Positions 19,201-28,720 of a DNA stretch of 64,000 nt are shown here, piece by piece (positions within the stretch are counted from its first letter, which is position 1; each line of letters starts with the position of its first letter). This stretch comes from Nitrospirota bacterium. GTDB lineage: Bacteria; Nitrospirota; Thermodesulfovibrionia; Thermodesulfovibrionales; JdFR-88. Location: contig JAJYIR010000012.1 in NCBI GenBank assembly GCA_021789935.1, forward strand, positions 2,219 to 66,218, written 5' to 3'. Both the position numbers and the translations under genes were made by a program. The notes below the pieces were generated by a model. It had not been told where the DNA came from. It was given only the letters and a program-made list of their open reading frames with translations, and ran no database searches.

Positions 19201-19908
19201 ATGTACAAAGGAATATACATAGCTCTATCAGGTGCGGTGCTGAAGCAGCTTCAAATGGACGGAGTAACGGAGAATCTTGCAAACGCAAACACGCCGGGCT
19301 ACAAGAAGGAAGGTTTATCATTCCGGGATTATTTGATAAACCCGCCGGCAACCACGCTTGAACAGGAGGATAGGGTTTTGAGCACATTATCCAGCCAACG
19401 GACCGACATGTCCCAGGGGACCGTTTTCAAGACGTCAAACCCCATGGATATCTCCATCGACGGGCAGGGTTTCATAGCGCTGGAGGGAAACCGCTATACG
19501 AGGCGGGGAGATTTAAAAAGGAGCAGCGACGGTTTTTTGACATCGTTTAACGGAATAAAGGTCCTCGGAGAAAAAGGGCCCATAAAGCTCCCCAAAGGGA
19601 GCGTATCGATAGACTCCAGCGGAGGAGTGTTCGTAAACGGGGAGCAGGTGGACACGATCAAGCTGGTGGATCTGTCAAGCCAGACGGGGCTGGCGAGGAT
19701 GGGGTCCGGCATCTTCTATTCAAAGGCCGCGGTGGTCAGTTCGGATGCTACGGTGAAGCAGGGTTATCTTGAGGCCAGTAATGTGGATGTGATCAAGGAG
19801 ATGGTCGGGATGATCGACGCTCTCAGGGAGTATGAGACCTTCCAGAAGGCCATCCAGACATTCGATTCGGCTGCCAGTAAAGTAGTAAACGATATGGCGC
19901 AGATGTAG
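19201..19908 (+). CDS. flgF: Flagellar rod protein FlgF
   Basis: NLANANTPGYK, YTRRG and QGYLEASNV motifs; precedes flgG. Confidence 0.85.
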   Translation: MYKGIYIALSGAVLKQLQMDGVTENLANANTPGYKKEGLSFRDYLINPPATTLEQEDRVLSTLSSQRTDMSQGTVFKTSNPMDISIDGQGFIALEGNRYTRRGDLKRSSDGFLTSFNGIKVLGEKGPIKLPKGSVSIDSSGGVFVNGEQVDTIKLVDLSSQTGLARMGSGIFYSKAAVVSSDATVKQGYLEASNVDVIKEMVGMIDALREYETFQKAIQTFDSAASKVVNDMAQM

Positions 19909-19955
19909 TTCTCAAAAAAGATTTATTTGCTGAAAAAACAAGGAGGTTTTGAGGG

Positions 19956-20750
19956 ATGTTAAGATCGTTGATGATTGCCGCAACCGGCATGGAGGCGCAG
20001 CAGATCAACATAGACGTGATATCCAACAATCTGGCGAACGTCAATACCACGGGTTTCAAAAGGAGCAGGGCGGACTTCCAGGACCTGATATACGAAGATA
20101 TGAGCGCTCCGGGGACTTCCTCCTCCAGCAATACACAGCTGCCCACAGGCATACAGATAGGGCTAGGCGTCAAGCCGGCGGCGGTGCAGAAGATATTTCA
20201 GCAGGGTGATTTGTCTCAAACCAGCAACCCCCTGGATCTGGCAATACAGGGAGACGGCCTTTTCCAGGTGGACATGCCCGATGGCACAATCGCGTACACG
20301 AGGGCAGGTTCATTCAAGCTGGACAACAACGGGCGCATTGTGAACTCGAATGGATATCCGCTGGAACCCAACATCTCGATACCCCTTAATACTACCCAGA
20401 TAAACATAGGAGCTGACGGCACGGTCACGGTGGTGCAGGCGGGCAGCACGACCCCTGTCAACGTTGGCCAGTTGCAGCTGGCCAAGTTCACCAATGAGAG
20501 CGGCCTCCAGGCCATGGGGGACGGGCTTTATACTACCAGCGGTTCCTCCGGGGACCCTATCCTGGCCAACCCGTCAGTGGATGGGATGGGCACTATTCAG
20601 CAGGGATATCTCGAACTTAGCAACGTAAACGTTGTTGAAGAGATGGTCAATATGATAGCGAGCGAGAGGGCGTACGAGATAAATTCCAAGGCGGTCCAGG
20701 CGTCTGACCAGATGCTGATGGATACCAATAATATGAGAGCGGCCGCATAG
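19956..20750 (+). CDS. flgG: Flagellar distal rod protein FlgG
   Basis: [25 protein letters not shown] and RAYEINSK motifs. Confidence 0.95.
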   Translation: MLRSLMIAATGMEAQQINIDVISNNLANVNTTGFKRSRADFQDLIYEDMSAPGTSSSSNTQLPTGIQIGLGVKPAAVQKIFQQGDLSQTSNPLDLAIQGDGLFQVDMPDGTIAYTRAGSFKLDNNGRIVNSNGYPLEPNISIPLNTTQINIGADGTVTVVQAGSTTPVNVGQLQLAKFTNESGLQAMGDGLYTTSGSSGDPILANPSVDGMGTIQQGYLELSNVNVVEEMVNMIASERAYEINSKAVQASDQMLMDTNNMRAAA

Positions 20751-20755
20751 AAGCC

Positions 20756-21472
20756 ATGAAGAAAAGAGTCGCCATCTCGTTAGTGTTTCTGCTCCTGGCG
20801 GCCCCGGCCTGCATGGCGGACGGCCCCGCCAACGTGAAGGCCGTGCTTAAGGCGTATGTCGAGGGGCGGTACCACTGGAGCAACGTCCGGATAGAGGACC
20901 TTGTCATGGGTAACGCCCAGCCTGGCGGGCTTCCGGAGTCCATAAGCATTATCAAAGAGCCACCCGGCAAAACGGTCTTCGGGCTTGGTTTTGCCGGCGG
21001 GCTCAATGTGACGGCAACCGCGGTGGTCACCGGGTACGTAAATGTAGTGAAGAGCGCGCATCTGCTCAGGATAAACTCCGTTGTCGGGCCGGGTGATGTG
21101 GCATCCTCTCCGGTAGAGGCGTCCAGGCTCCCCAAAGACGGTTTTTTCAAGGAAGACTCCCAGGTGGTGGGCCAGGTGCTTACGTGTTCGGTTGGGTCTG
21201 GGGTCACTATCATGAGCACGATGGTGAGCAAAGCCCCTCTGGTGAACAGAGGGCACAGGGTGACGATAATGGTGGATTCCCCCGGCTTCAGGATTACCAC
21301 GGCGGGGGAACTGGTGGAAAGCGCCCGCGTGGGGGGCAACGCCAAGGTCATGAACCTGTCTTCAAGGAAGATGCTGTCAGGAATTCTGGTGGATGAAAAT
21401 ACTGTACGCATCCGGGAAGTCCCATTCCTTGGGGAAGGCCGTAGCGCGGAAGCATATCAGGCGGCAAGATGA
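20756..21472 (+). CDS. flgA: P-ring assembly chaperone FlgA
   Basis: Signal peptide and SAF-like C-terminus (LVNRGHRV, VMNLSSRK); lies between flgG and flgH. Confidence 0.8.
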   Translation: MKKRVAISLVFLLLAAPACMADGPANVKAVLKAYVEGRYHWSNVRIEDLVMGNAQPGGLPESISIIKEPPGKTVFGLGFAGGLNVTATAVVTGYVNVVKSAHLLRINSVVGPGDVASSPVEASRLPKDGFFKEDSQVVGQVLTCSVGSGVTIMSTMVSKAPLVNRGHRVTIMVDSPGFRITTAGELVESARVGGNAKVMNLSSRKMLSGILVDENTVRIREVPFLGEGRSAEAYQAAR

Positions 21473-22200
21473 AAAAGAGTTTTTTTATGTTAAAAGATGA
21501 TTTTTTTGCGGCCCGGGCGATGCCGGTGTTTCTGCTGCTGCTGCCTTTTGCGGCGTGCGCCACGGTCCCCAAGCTTCCTCCTCCACCCCCAAAGTACGTA
21601 TATCATGAAAAGAGCAGTCCGGAGGCCTCGCATTACGCCAACAACTCGCTCTTTACGGACCAGGCAAGCCTTTTCGAGGATCTGCGTGCCAGGCGGCTCA
21701 ATGATCTTGTGACGATCAATGTCCTGGAAAATATAACAGGTTCCGGGCAGGCCGATACAAATACATCGAGGAATTCAACCCTTGACGCGAATGTGACCGG
21801 CTTTTTCGGGGCACCCCTGAACCTTGGCATGACCAACCTTTACGGCAACGGGAATACCTTTTCGCCTTCCGTGTCCGGCAACATGTCGGACAGCTTCAAG
21901 GGGAGCGGCGCCACCACAAGGGCCGGCACACTGGCAGGCACTATAACGGCCAAAGTCGTCCAGGTATTGCCGAACGGGAACCTGGTGCTTCAGTCGAGGA
22001 AAGAGATAACCATAAACAACGAAAAACAGATACTTATTTTCGAAGGGATATGCCGCCCATACGATATAGCCTCTGACAACACCATAGCAAGCAGCAGGAT
22101 CACGGACGCCAAGGTGTACTTTGTCGGGGACGGTGTGGTGCAGGAGAAGCAGGGGCCGGGATGGCTGGTCAGTTTCCTGGATAAGGTATGGCCGTTCTGA
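21469..22200 (+). CDS. flgH: Flagellar L-ring lipoprotein FlgH
   Basis: Lipobox FAAC; VVQVLPNGNL, RPYDI and GWL..FLDKVWPF motifs. Confidence 0.9.
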   Translation: MKKSFFMLKDDFFAARAMPVFLLLLPFAACATVPKLPPPPPKYVYHEKSSPEASHYANNSLFTDQASLFEDLRARRLNDLVTINVLENITGSGQADTNTSRNSTLDANVTGFFGAPLNLGMTNLYGNGNTFSPSVSGNMSDSFKGSGATTRAGTLAGTITAKVVQVLPNGNLVLQSRKEITINNEKQILIFEGICRPYDIASDNTIASSRITDAKVYFVGDGVVQEKQGPGWLVSFLDKVWPF

Positions 22201-23351
22201 TGGCAGGCACGGATACGAAAAGAACCACGGGGAAAAAGGCAATGCCTTTTACGAGAAGGACATTGTTTATAGTCCCGCTCCTTTCATTATTGCTGCTGTC
22301 ATTCTCGGCGGCGGCCGTGGCGGAGCGAATAGAGGACATAGCCACTTTTCAGGGGATGACGGAAAACCAGGTGGTGGGTTACGGTCTTGCGGTCGGGCTT
22401 GCCAGCACCGGAGACACCGGGAACGCCACCATGGAGGCAATTGCGAATGTTCTTGAGAGGATGGGGCTTACCGTCGCGCCAACTGACATAAGGGCAAAGG
22501 ACACGGCCGCCGTAATCGTAACGGCGACACTGCCTCCTTTTCCAAAAGCGGGCATGAAGATAGACGTTAACGTCTCGGCCCTGGCCGATGCAAAAAACAT
22601 ACAGGGAGGCACTCTGCTGCTTACGCCTCTTTATGGGCCGGACGGCAAGGTTTACGCCCTTGCCCAGGGGCCGGTATCCATAGGCGGTTTTGTAGGGGGC
22701 GGCGGGGGAACAAGCGTTCAGAAAAACCATCCAACCGCAGGAAGGATACCCGAGGGCGCTATTATCCAGAAAAACCTGCCCTTCACGCTGGGCAACGGGA
22801 AGACGATAAAGCTTTTCCTTCATGATCCGGACTTTACCACTGCGGCCGGAATAGCAACCAAGATAAACACCTCGTTCGGGCCGGACTGCGCGGAGGCCTC
22901 GGACCCCTCAACCATATCGATAAACATACCCGCCGCTTACTCGGACCGTGTCGTGGAGTTCATCAGCATGGTCGGGGAACTGGACGTCTCCGTGGACGAG
23001 CCGGCTAAAGTCGTGATAAACGAAAGGACAGGCACCATAATAATAGGGGAAAATGTCAGGATAGCGCCTGTTGCCATCGCGAACGGGAACCTGACCGTGG
23101 AGATAAAGACCACTTACAATGTCTCCCAGCCGCCGCCTTTTTCCCCGGCTGGCTCCCAGACCCTGGTGGTGCCCAATACAAACGTAAAAGTGCGGGAGCA
23201 AAAGGCGAGTCTGATGGAGGCCTCCGGGTCTACCCTTGGCGAAGTGGTGAGCGCCCTTAACGCACTCGGGGTCACTCCGCGGGACCTCATCTCGATCATG
23301 CAGGCGCTGAAGGCTTCAGGCGCCCTCAGGGCAGAACTGGAGATAATTTAA
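22188..23351 (+). CDS. flgI: Flagellar P-ring protein FlgI
   Basis: GYGLAVGL..TGD, GGTLLLTPL and AKVVINERTGT motifs. Start may be 22242. Confidence 0.93.
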   Translation: MAVLMAGTDTKRTTGKKAMPFTRRTLFIVPLLSLLLLSFSAAAVAERIEDIATFQGMTENQVVGYGLAVGLASTGDTGNATMEAIANVLERMGLTVAPTDIRAKDTAAVIVTATLPPFPKAGMKIDVNVSALADAKNIQGGTLLLTPLYGPDGKVYALAQGPVSIGGFVGGGGGTSVQKNHPTAGRIPEGAIIQKNLPFTLGNGKTIKLFLHDPDFTTAAGIATKINTSFGPDCAEASDPSTISINIPAAYSDRVVEFISMVGELDVSVDEPAKVVINERTGTIIIGENVRIAPVAIANGNLTVEIKTTYNVSQPPPFSPAGSQTLVVPNTNVKVREQKASLMEASGSTLGEVVSALNALGVTPRDLISIMQALKASGALRAELEII

Positions 23352-23360
23352 TCTTAAGAA

Positions 23361-24149
23361 ATGAATATAGACGACGCTATAAGCCCTGAAAGCCTTAAAA
23401 AATATATCGGTCAAAAAGGCCCGGACGCCATGAAGGCCGTAGCGGAGAATATGGCGATGATCTTTTCCAATGAACTCGTAAAAGAGATGCGTGACACAAC
23501 CATGGAGGACAACCAGGATTATGGCCAGAAGACCTATACGAGCATGTTCGATATGGAGCTTGCCCGCCTCCTGGCGGACAAAGAGACTGGGCTAAGGGAC
23601 ATGATACTTAAGCAGCTGGAGCAAATAAATAATAAAGTAACGCATGAAGAATCACCGTATAACTCATCGAATTCAAATGGAAAAACAAAAACCTCTGTGC
23701 AATCAACAGGCGTTGGACCGGCGATCCAAAGGGAGCTTCCAGCTGCAGGCAGCATGAAGAGCATTATGGATAAAAAAATAAGAAGCATGATAAAGTCCGC
23801 ATTCGGCGGCCAGGCTTCCAACGCGGTGGCTGTCGCCTTTGCTGAAAGCTCGGGAAATCCCGGCGCCACTCACTATAATGCGCCTTATGGAAGCACGGAT
23901 TACGGTCTATTTCAAATAAACGATAAATTTTGGGCGGACCGGCTTATGAAAAAAGGCATTATAAACAGCGTTTCTGATCTGTTCGATCCGCAAAAGAATA
24001 TCCAGGCCGCCGCGTGGATATATAAACAGGGCGGCTGGAACCTGTGGACATCAGTCCGGCAAGGGAGGGTGCAGCTTGGTTCCCCGGACATTATGGAGGC
24101 GGATAACGTTCAGGGCGGTTCCGGAAGCGCGGATTCGACGAATTTTTAA
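23361..24149 (+). CDS. flgJ: FlgJ-like rod-binding protein fused to a lysozyme-like/SLT domain
   Basis: N-terminal rod-binding motif (IF.NELVKEMR...YTSMFDMELAR); C-terminal AESSGNP...GSTDYGLFQIN...DPQKNIQAA. Confidence 0.75.
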   Translation: MNIDDAISPESLKKYIGQKGPDAMKAVAENMAMIFSNELVKEMRDTTMEDNQDYGQKTYTSMFDMELARLLADKETGLRDMILKQLEQINNKVTHEESPYNSSNSNGKTKTSVQSTGVGPAIQRELPAAGSMKSIMDKKIRSMIKSAFGGQASNAVAVAFAESSGNPGATHYNAPYGSTDYGLFQINDKFWADRLMKKGIINSVSDLFDPQKNIQAAAWIYKQGGWNLWTSVRQGRVQLGSPDIMEADNVQGGSGSADSTNF

Positions 24150-24213
24150 TTTTTTAAAAAAACTTGAAATTATAAAAAAAAGGGGGCATGGAGGGCAGGC
24201 CGAGTTGAAAAAC

Positions 24214-24241
24214 TAAAGATTTCCTTCTGGATTTACGATAA
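24214..24241 (+). promoter_or_regulatory. Sigma28 promoter of flgMNKL
   Basis: TAAA-N16-TACGATAA, same spacing as the fliC promoter. Confidence 0.7.
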
Positions 24242-24286
24242 TAAGATAATAGCGGCACACATAAATCGCCGCGCGGAGGAAATTTA

Positions 24287-24577
24287 GTGAAAATAAACAA
24301 TAACAAGCCGCCAGACGGGCCTGAACCTCACAACATAAAAAAGCCTATTGAAACCCCCAGGGCGGGACCTCCGGCAAGCGGGTCCGGGACGGGTCCGTCG
24401 GACAGTATCAGGATATCAAAGCAGGGTAAGGAAGCGGCCCAGCTTATCGATGCCATAGGGAAACTTCCGGATGTAAGGACGGACAAGGTGAGTGAGGTAA
24501 AGCAGGCTATGGAATCGGGAAATTACAAGGTGGATGCCTCTAAAGTGGCACAAAAGATGATAAGCGAGATAGTTTAA
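24287..24577 (+). CDS. flgM: Anti-sigma28 factor FlgM
   Basis: DSIRIS and PDVRTDKV..VKQAMESGNYKVD motifs. GTG start after GGAGG. Confidence 0.9.
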   Translation: MKINNNKPPDGPEPHNIKKPIETPRAGPPASGSGTGPSDSIRISKQGKEAAQLIDAIGKLPDVRTDKVSEVKQAMESGNYKVDASKVAQKMISEIV

Positions 24578-24584
24578 AAAACCA

Positions 24585-25052
24585 ATGACCAGCGCGCCGG
24601 AAAAAATAAAGAGTGTGCTTGGGGAGCAGATAAAGGAGTATAAAAATCTGCTCGCCCTGTTGAGGATGGAGAGGAAGCACCTCATCGACTTCGACCAGGA
24701 AGGAGTTGAGGACCTCGCCAAACAAAAAGACACCGCGGTGCTCAAGTTGCGGCTCCTCGAACAGGAGAGGCTCCGGCTTATGGAAGAGTTTTCACGCGTC
24801 AGCGGGCGCAGGGACGGCATGAGTCTGCAGGATGTCTCAAGCATGACCGGCGATGGCAGTTTCCTCGATATCCGCCGCCAGTTGATATCTCTGCTGCAGG
24901 GTATACAGGAACTGAACGAGTTCAACCGGATATTAATAGACAGGTCGCTGCAATATATCGGGGATTCTATCGATTTCCTGGGAAAAGCCGGCGCCAGGAC
25001 AGGCCGCGTTGACGGCAGGACCAAGGGCCTGGTGGTATCGAGGCAGATCTGA
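24585..25052 (+). CDS. flgN: Flagellar chaperone FlgN
   Basis: Helical protein with ELNEFNRILI; lies between flgM and flgK. Confidence 0.8.
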   Translation: MTSAPEKIKSVLGEQIKEYKNLLALLRMERKHLIDFDQEGVEDLAKQKDTAVLKLRLLEQERLRLMEEFSRVSGRRDGMSLQDVSSMTGDGSFLDIRRQLISLLQGIQELNEFNRILIDRSLQYIGDSIDFLGKAGARTGRVDGRTKGLVVSRQI

Positions 25053-26674
25053 TGAGCGGGCTGAATGACATCCTGAATATCGCGCAATCGGGCCTGTTTG
25101 CAAGCCAGACAGCCTTAAACACGACAAGCAATAATATCTCCAACGTAAACACGCCGGGTTATTCCGTTGAAACCACACAGCTTGAACCCGTTGATTATAT
25201 CGATTTAAGCGGCAGCTCTGGCAGCCCGGGGGGCGTAACCGTTGCCGGGATACAAAGACAGAACAATTCTTTTCTTCAGGCCCAGATATATCAGGCGCAG
25301 CAGAACATGAGCGGCGCGGACTCTTCCAGTAATACGCTGGGACAGGTCGAGCAGGCATTCAATGAGACCGGGCAAACCGGGCTGTCGACGTACTTCAGTA
25401 ATTTTGTGAATGATTGGCAGCAAGTCGCGTCGAACCCGTCCGATTCCGCCGGCAGGACCGCCCTTTTGGGAGACGCTCAAACGCTGGTTTCCGCGGCCAA
25501 GGACACTCAAGGCGCCATCCAGGACGCCGTAAAACAGGCAAACGATGCGATTTCCGGCACTGTGAAGACGGTAAACTCCCTGGCCGCGAACATCGCACAG
25601 CTTAACAATCAGATTGCCGAAGCCCAGGGGGACACTACGGGCGGCCTGAGCCAGCTGCTGGATGAACGCGATAACCTCATGAACCAGCTTTCCCAGTCCA
25701 TCAGTTTCAACTTCTATACGGACAACACCGGCCAGGTGACCATTATAAGCGGAATGCAGAACCTGGTCAGCGGAAGCCAGGCCAACACGCTTTCCGCCCA
25801 GCAGGATGCCAATGGCGATTACCAGCTTTATCTTGCCGGGACGAATATCACCTCGGATGTTACGGGAGGTTCCATGGGCGGGGTCATATCCGCCAGGAAC
25901 GCCGCTGAGACGCAGGGGCTATTGCCTCTAAACCGGTTCGTGGCGGCCCTTACCCAGCAGGTAAACATAACCCAGGAACAGGGCTACGGGCTTGACGGCA
26001 GCACAGGAAACTCTTTTTTCAGTCCGCTAACTCTTGCCACAAGCGCCGATTCCAGCGCCTCTATAGCGGCTTCGGTCACTAACGAAAGCCAGCTTACCCT
26101 GGACCAATACAATATAAAAATAGACGGAAGCGGGAACTATAACGTTTATGACACCCAGACTGGCTCGCTTGTGACATCCGGTACATATACATCGGGCGGG
26201 GCAATCAATTTTGAAGGCATACAGGCCACTATAACCGGGGCGCCCGCCGCCGGAGATACCTTTACGATTGACCCGCTTAAAAACGCGGTAAGCGGTTTCC
26301 AGGTGGCCCTCACGGACGGCAGCCAGGTGGCAGCCGCATCTTCATCATCCGGGGTGCCCGGGGACAACTCAAATGCTCTCGCCATGTTGAACACGCTGAA
26401 CAACACGCAGGTTTCCGGCCTCGGCGGGCAGACCCTTATGGGTTATTATCAGGGCATCGTTTCTACCACCGGGACCGCAAGCGCATCCGCCTCTGACAGC
26501 CAGACTTTCGAGAGCAACCTTCTGGCCCAGTTAAACCAGCAGCGAGACTCCATATCCGGGGTCTCTATTGATGAGGAGTCCGTAAATCTCATAAAATACC
26601 AGCAGGCGTACCAGGCTGCGGCGAAGGTCGTAGAAACGACGAGTCAACTTTTTCAGACCCTGATGAGCATATGA
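25052..26674 (+). CDS. flgK: Hook-filament junction protein FlgK
   Basis: NISNVNTPGYS, LLDERD and SGVSIDEE.VNLIKYQQAY motifs. Confidence 0.92.
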   Translation: MSGLNDILNIAQSGLFASQTALNTTSNNISNVNTPGYSVETTQLEPVDYIDLSGSSGSPGGVTVAGIQRQNNSFLQAQIYQAQQNMSGADSSSNTLGQVEQAFNETGQTGLSTYFSNFVNDWQQVASNPSDSAGRTALLGDAQTLVSAAKDTQGAIQDAVKQANDAISGTVKTVNSLAANIAQLNNQIAEAQGDTTGGLSQLLDERDNLMNQLSQSISFNFYTDNTGQVTIISGMQNLVSGSQANTLSAQQDANGDYQLYLAGTNITSDVTGGSMGGVISARNAAETQGLLPLNRFVAALTQQVNITQEQGYGLDGSTGNSFFSPLTLATSADSSASIAASVTNESQLTLDQYNIKIDGSGNYNVYDTQTGSLVTSGTYTSGGAINFEGIQATITGAPAAGDTFTIDPLKNAVSGFQVALTDGSQVAAASSSSGVPGDNSNALAMLNTLNNTQVSGLGGQTLMGYYQGIVSTTGTASASASDSQTFESNLLAQLNQQRDSISGVSIDEESVNLIKYQQAYQAAAKVVETTSQLFQTLMSI

Positions 26675-26687
26675 GAGGTATGAACAC

Positions 26688-27695
26688 ATGAGAGTCAGTT
26701 CTTTTTCGATCTACAACCAGGTCTCCAGCTCCCTGGACCAGGACATGTCCACCATAACCCAGCTTGAAAACCAGCTTTCCTCCGGAAAGAAGTTCAGCAA
26801 GAACTCCGATGATGTAACCGGCGTCATAAGCGCCATGGACTATAACCTGGACCTGAACCAGGACAGCCGTTACTTAAGCAACATCGACAGCGCAAATGCC
26901 CTCATGGGCGATGAGGCGACCGCAATGTCTTCTACAATGGATGCGCTCAACAACGCCAAGGAGATCGCGCTTGAGGGAGTAAGCGGCACAACAAACAGCC
27001 AGGATATGGCGGCGTTGGCCCAGCAGGTGTACCAGATAAGGGACGAACTGCTTGGATACGCGAACACGAAGACCGCGGACGGCTCAAGCGTGTTTGCCGG
27101 TTATCAGACGCAAACTGACGCATTCAACAATTCTACTTATGCATACCAGGGGGATTCCGGAATCGTAAACGCGAAGATATCGAATTCCCAGCTTATGCCG
27201 GTGAACGTGACAGGAAGTGACGCCTTCTCTTTTACCCTTTCAGCCCCAGTGACCGTCACGCAGGCAGACGGTTCGTCTTTTACCTATACGCAGGGCAGCG
27301 GCACCACTATAAACGTCCAGATAACGGACAGTAGCAATAATGTCGTGGACAGCTTCAGCTTCTCCAACTTCATGCAGCTTACCAACCTGCTGGGAAATGC
27401 GCTTAATAGCGGCGACACCAGGAGGGTCAGCGCGCTGATGACCCCGCTTGACGACGCCGTCAACCAGGCCGCAAGCGTAAGCTCAGAAATAGGCTCGAGG
27501 CAAGACAGGCTTACCAACCAGCAAAGCTCCATCCAACAGGACCAGGCCAACACTCAAGTCCTCCTTTCGGGCGTTCAGGACGACGATTTGGCTCAAACCG
27601 CAACCCAGTTGGCAAAGTATCAGGCGGCCATGCAGGCCCTGGAACAATCAACGGCAAATATATCCTCTCAGACCCTGCTTGATTTTCTGAAGTGA
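26688..27695 (+). CDS. flgL: Hook-filament junction protein FlgL
   Basis: MRVS, QLSSGKK...SDD, VFAG, YQGD and TLLDFL motifs. Confidence 0.9.
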   Translation: MRVSSFSIYNQVSSSLDQDMSTITQLENQLSSGKKFSKNSDDVTGVISAMDYNLDLNQDSRYLSNIDSANALMGDEATAMSSTMDALNNAKEIALEGVSGTTNSQDMAALAQQVYQIRDELLGYANTKTADGSSVFAGYQTQTDAFNNSTYAYQGDSGIVNAKISNSQLMPVNVTGSDAFSFTLSAPVTVTQADGSSFTYTQGSGTTINVQITDSSNNVVDSFSFSNFMQLTNLLGNALNSGDTRRVSALMTPLDDAVNQAASVSSEIGSRQDRLTNQQSSIQQDQANTQVLLSGVQDDDLAQTATQLAKYQAAMQALEQSTANISSQTLLDFLK

Positions 27696-27800
27696 TTATC
27701 CAATAAAATATAGCCAGGTCCCCTTTTTTTGAATGCCCCCGTCAGAAAGAGGAGCGGGGCAGGGGAGAATTCTCAGAAAGTCTTTTGAAAGGCGGGCAGG

Positions 27801-28040
27801 ATGCTTGTATTGACGAGAAAATCCGGGGAGGCCGTAAGGATAGGGGAAGACATCACCGTTACTGTGGTCGAGGTCAGGGAGGGGCAGGTCCGGCTGGGTA
27901 TCAATGCGCCGCAGGGCATCAGGATATATCGCGAGGAGGTCTATGAACGGATAGTCAAGGACAACCTCGTGTCCTCCTCCATCTCCATTGACGAGTTCAG
28001 TAAAATAAGAGAGGCGGTGAAAGGTGAAGATAAAATTTAA
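27801..28040 (+). CDS. csrA: Carbon storage regulator CsrA
   Basis: MLVLTRK.GE..RIG and VRLGINAP..I.IYREE motifs, with the extended C-terminal helix typical of FliW-regulated CsrA. Confidence 0.95.
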   Translation: MLVLTRKSGEAVRIGEDITVTVVEVREGQVRLGINAPQGIRIYREEVYERIVKDNLVSSSISIDEFSKIREAVKGEDKI

Positions 28041-28413
28041 GACCTCCCGTTTTGGAGACCTGGAGGTTGAAGACTCCAGGGTAATAGATTTTCCGCATGG
28101 GATACCCGGGTTTTCCTCCCTTAAGCGGTATGTCCTTATGGACTACAAGGACACCCCTTTAAAATGGCTCCAGTCTGTGGATGACCCGCATGTGGCCTTC
28201 ATTGTTGCGTCACCCGAGACCGTGACAACCGGATATCAGGTAAATGTGGACGAACCGGCCAGGCGTTCCCTGGCCCTTGCGCGGGAGGAGGACCTTGCCG
28301 TGCTTCTTATCCTCAGGGTGCAGACAGGCAAGGTGATTGCCAACCTGAAGGCCCCTCTGCTTTTAAACTCATCATTGATGAGAGGCATTCAGTTCCTGCC
28401 TGAGAGGCTTTAA
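28024..28413 (+). CDS. fliW: Flagellar assembly factor FliW
   Basis: TSRFG, FPHGIPGF, WLQS and ANLKAPLLLN motifs. GTG start. Confidence 0.92.
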   Translation: MKIKFKTSRFGDLEVEDSRVIDFPHGIPGFSSLKRYVLMDYKDTPLKWLQSVDDPHVAFIVASPETVTTGYQVNVDEPARRSLALAREEDLAVLLILRVQTGKVIANLKAPLLLNSSLMRGIQFLPERL

Positions 28414-28628
28414 AAGAGTCTGGGGAAAAAACCTTTTTTTGATGGATGCCCTATTAAGGTCCCGCGGCATGACGAATAAAGACAAAATCTGTAAAAATTA
28501 AAAATACTATTTATGAGAAGCGTCAAAAGACCGTCAGGACCGATCTTCCATGCGCCTTTTTTGCCATTCTCTTCCGTCAAATCCCCTGTATTAAGCCCCC
28601 TTATCATTAAAATTAAATCTCTTTTTGT

Positions 28629-28644
28629 TGGCATAGTAATTGCT
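28629..28644 (+). promoter_or_regulatory. Sigma54 promoter of the glycosylation genes
   Basis: TGGCATAGTAATTGCT, exact GG-N10-GC spacing. Confidence 0.8.
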
Positions 28645-28720
28645 TTTTAAGACTGCATTGAAGTAATTGACGGATGTTTGACATCCGCGTTAAGGCGGGT
28701 TTTGAGACAAAAGGGGGAAA

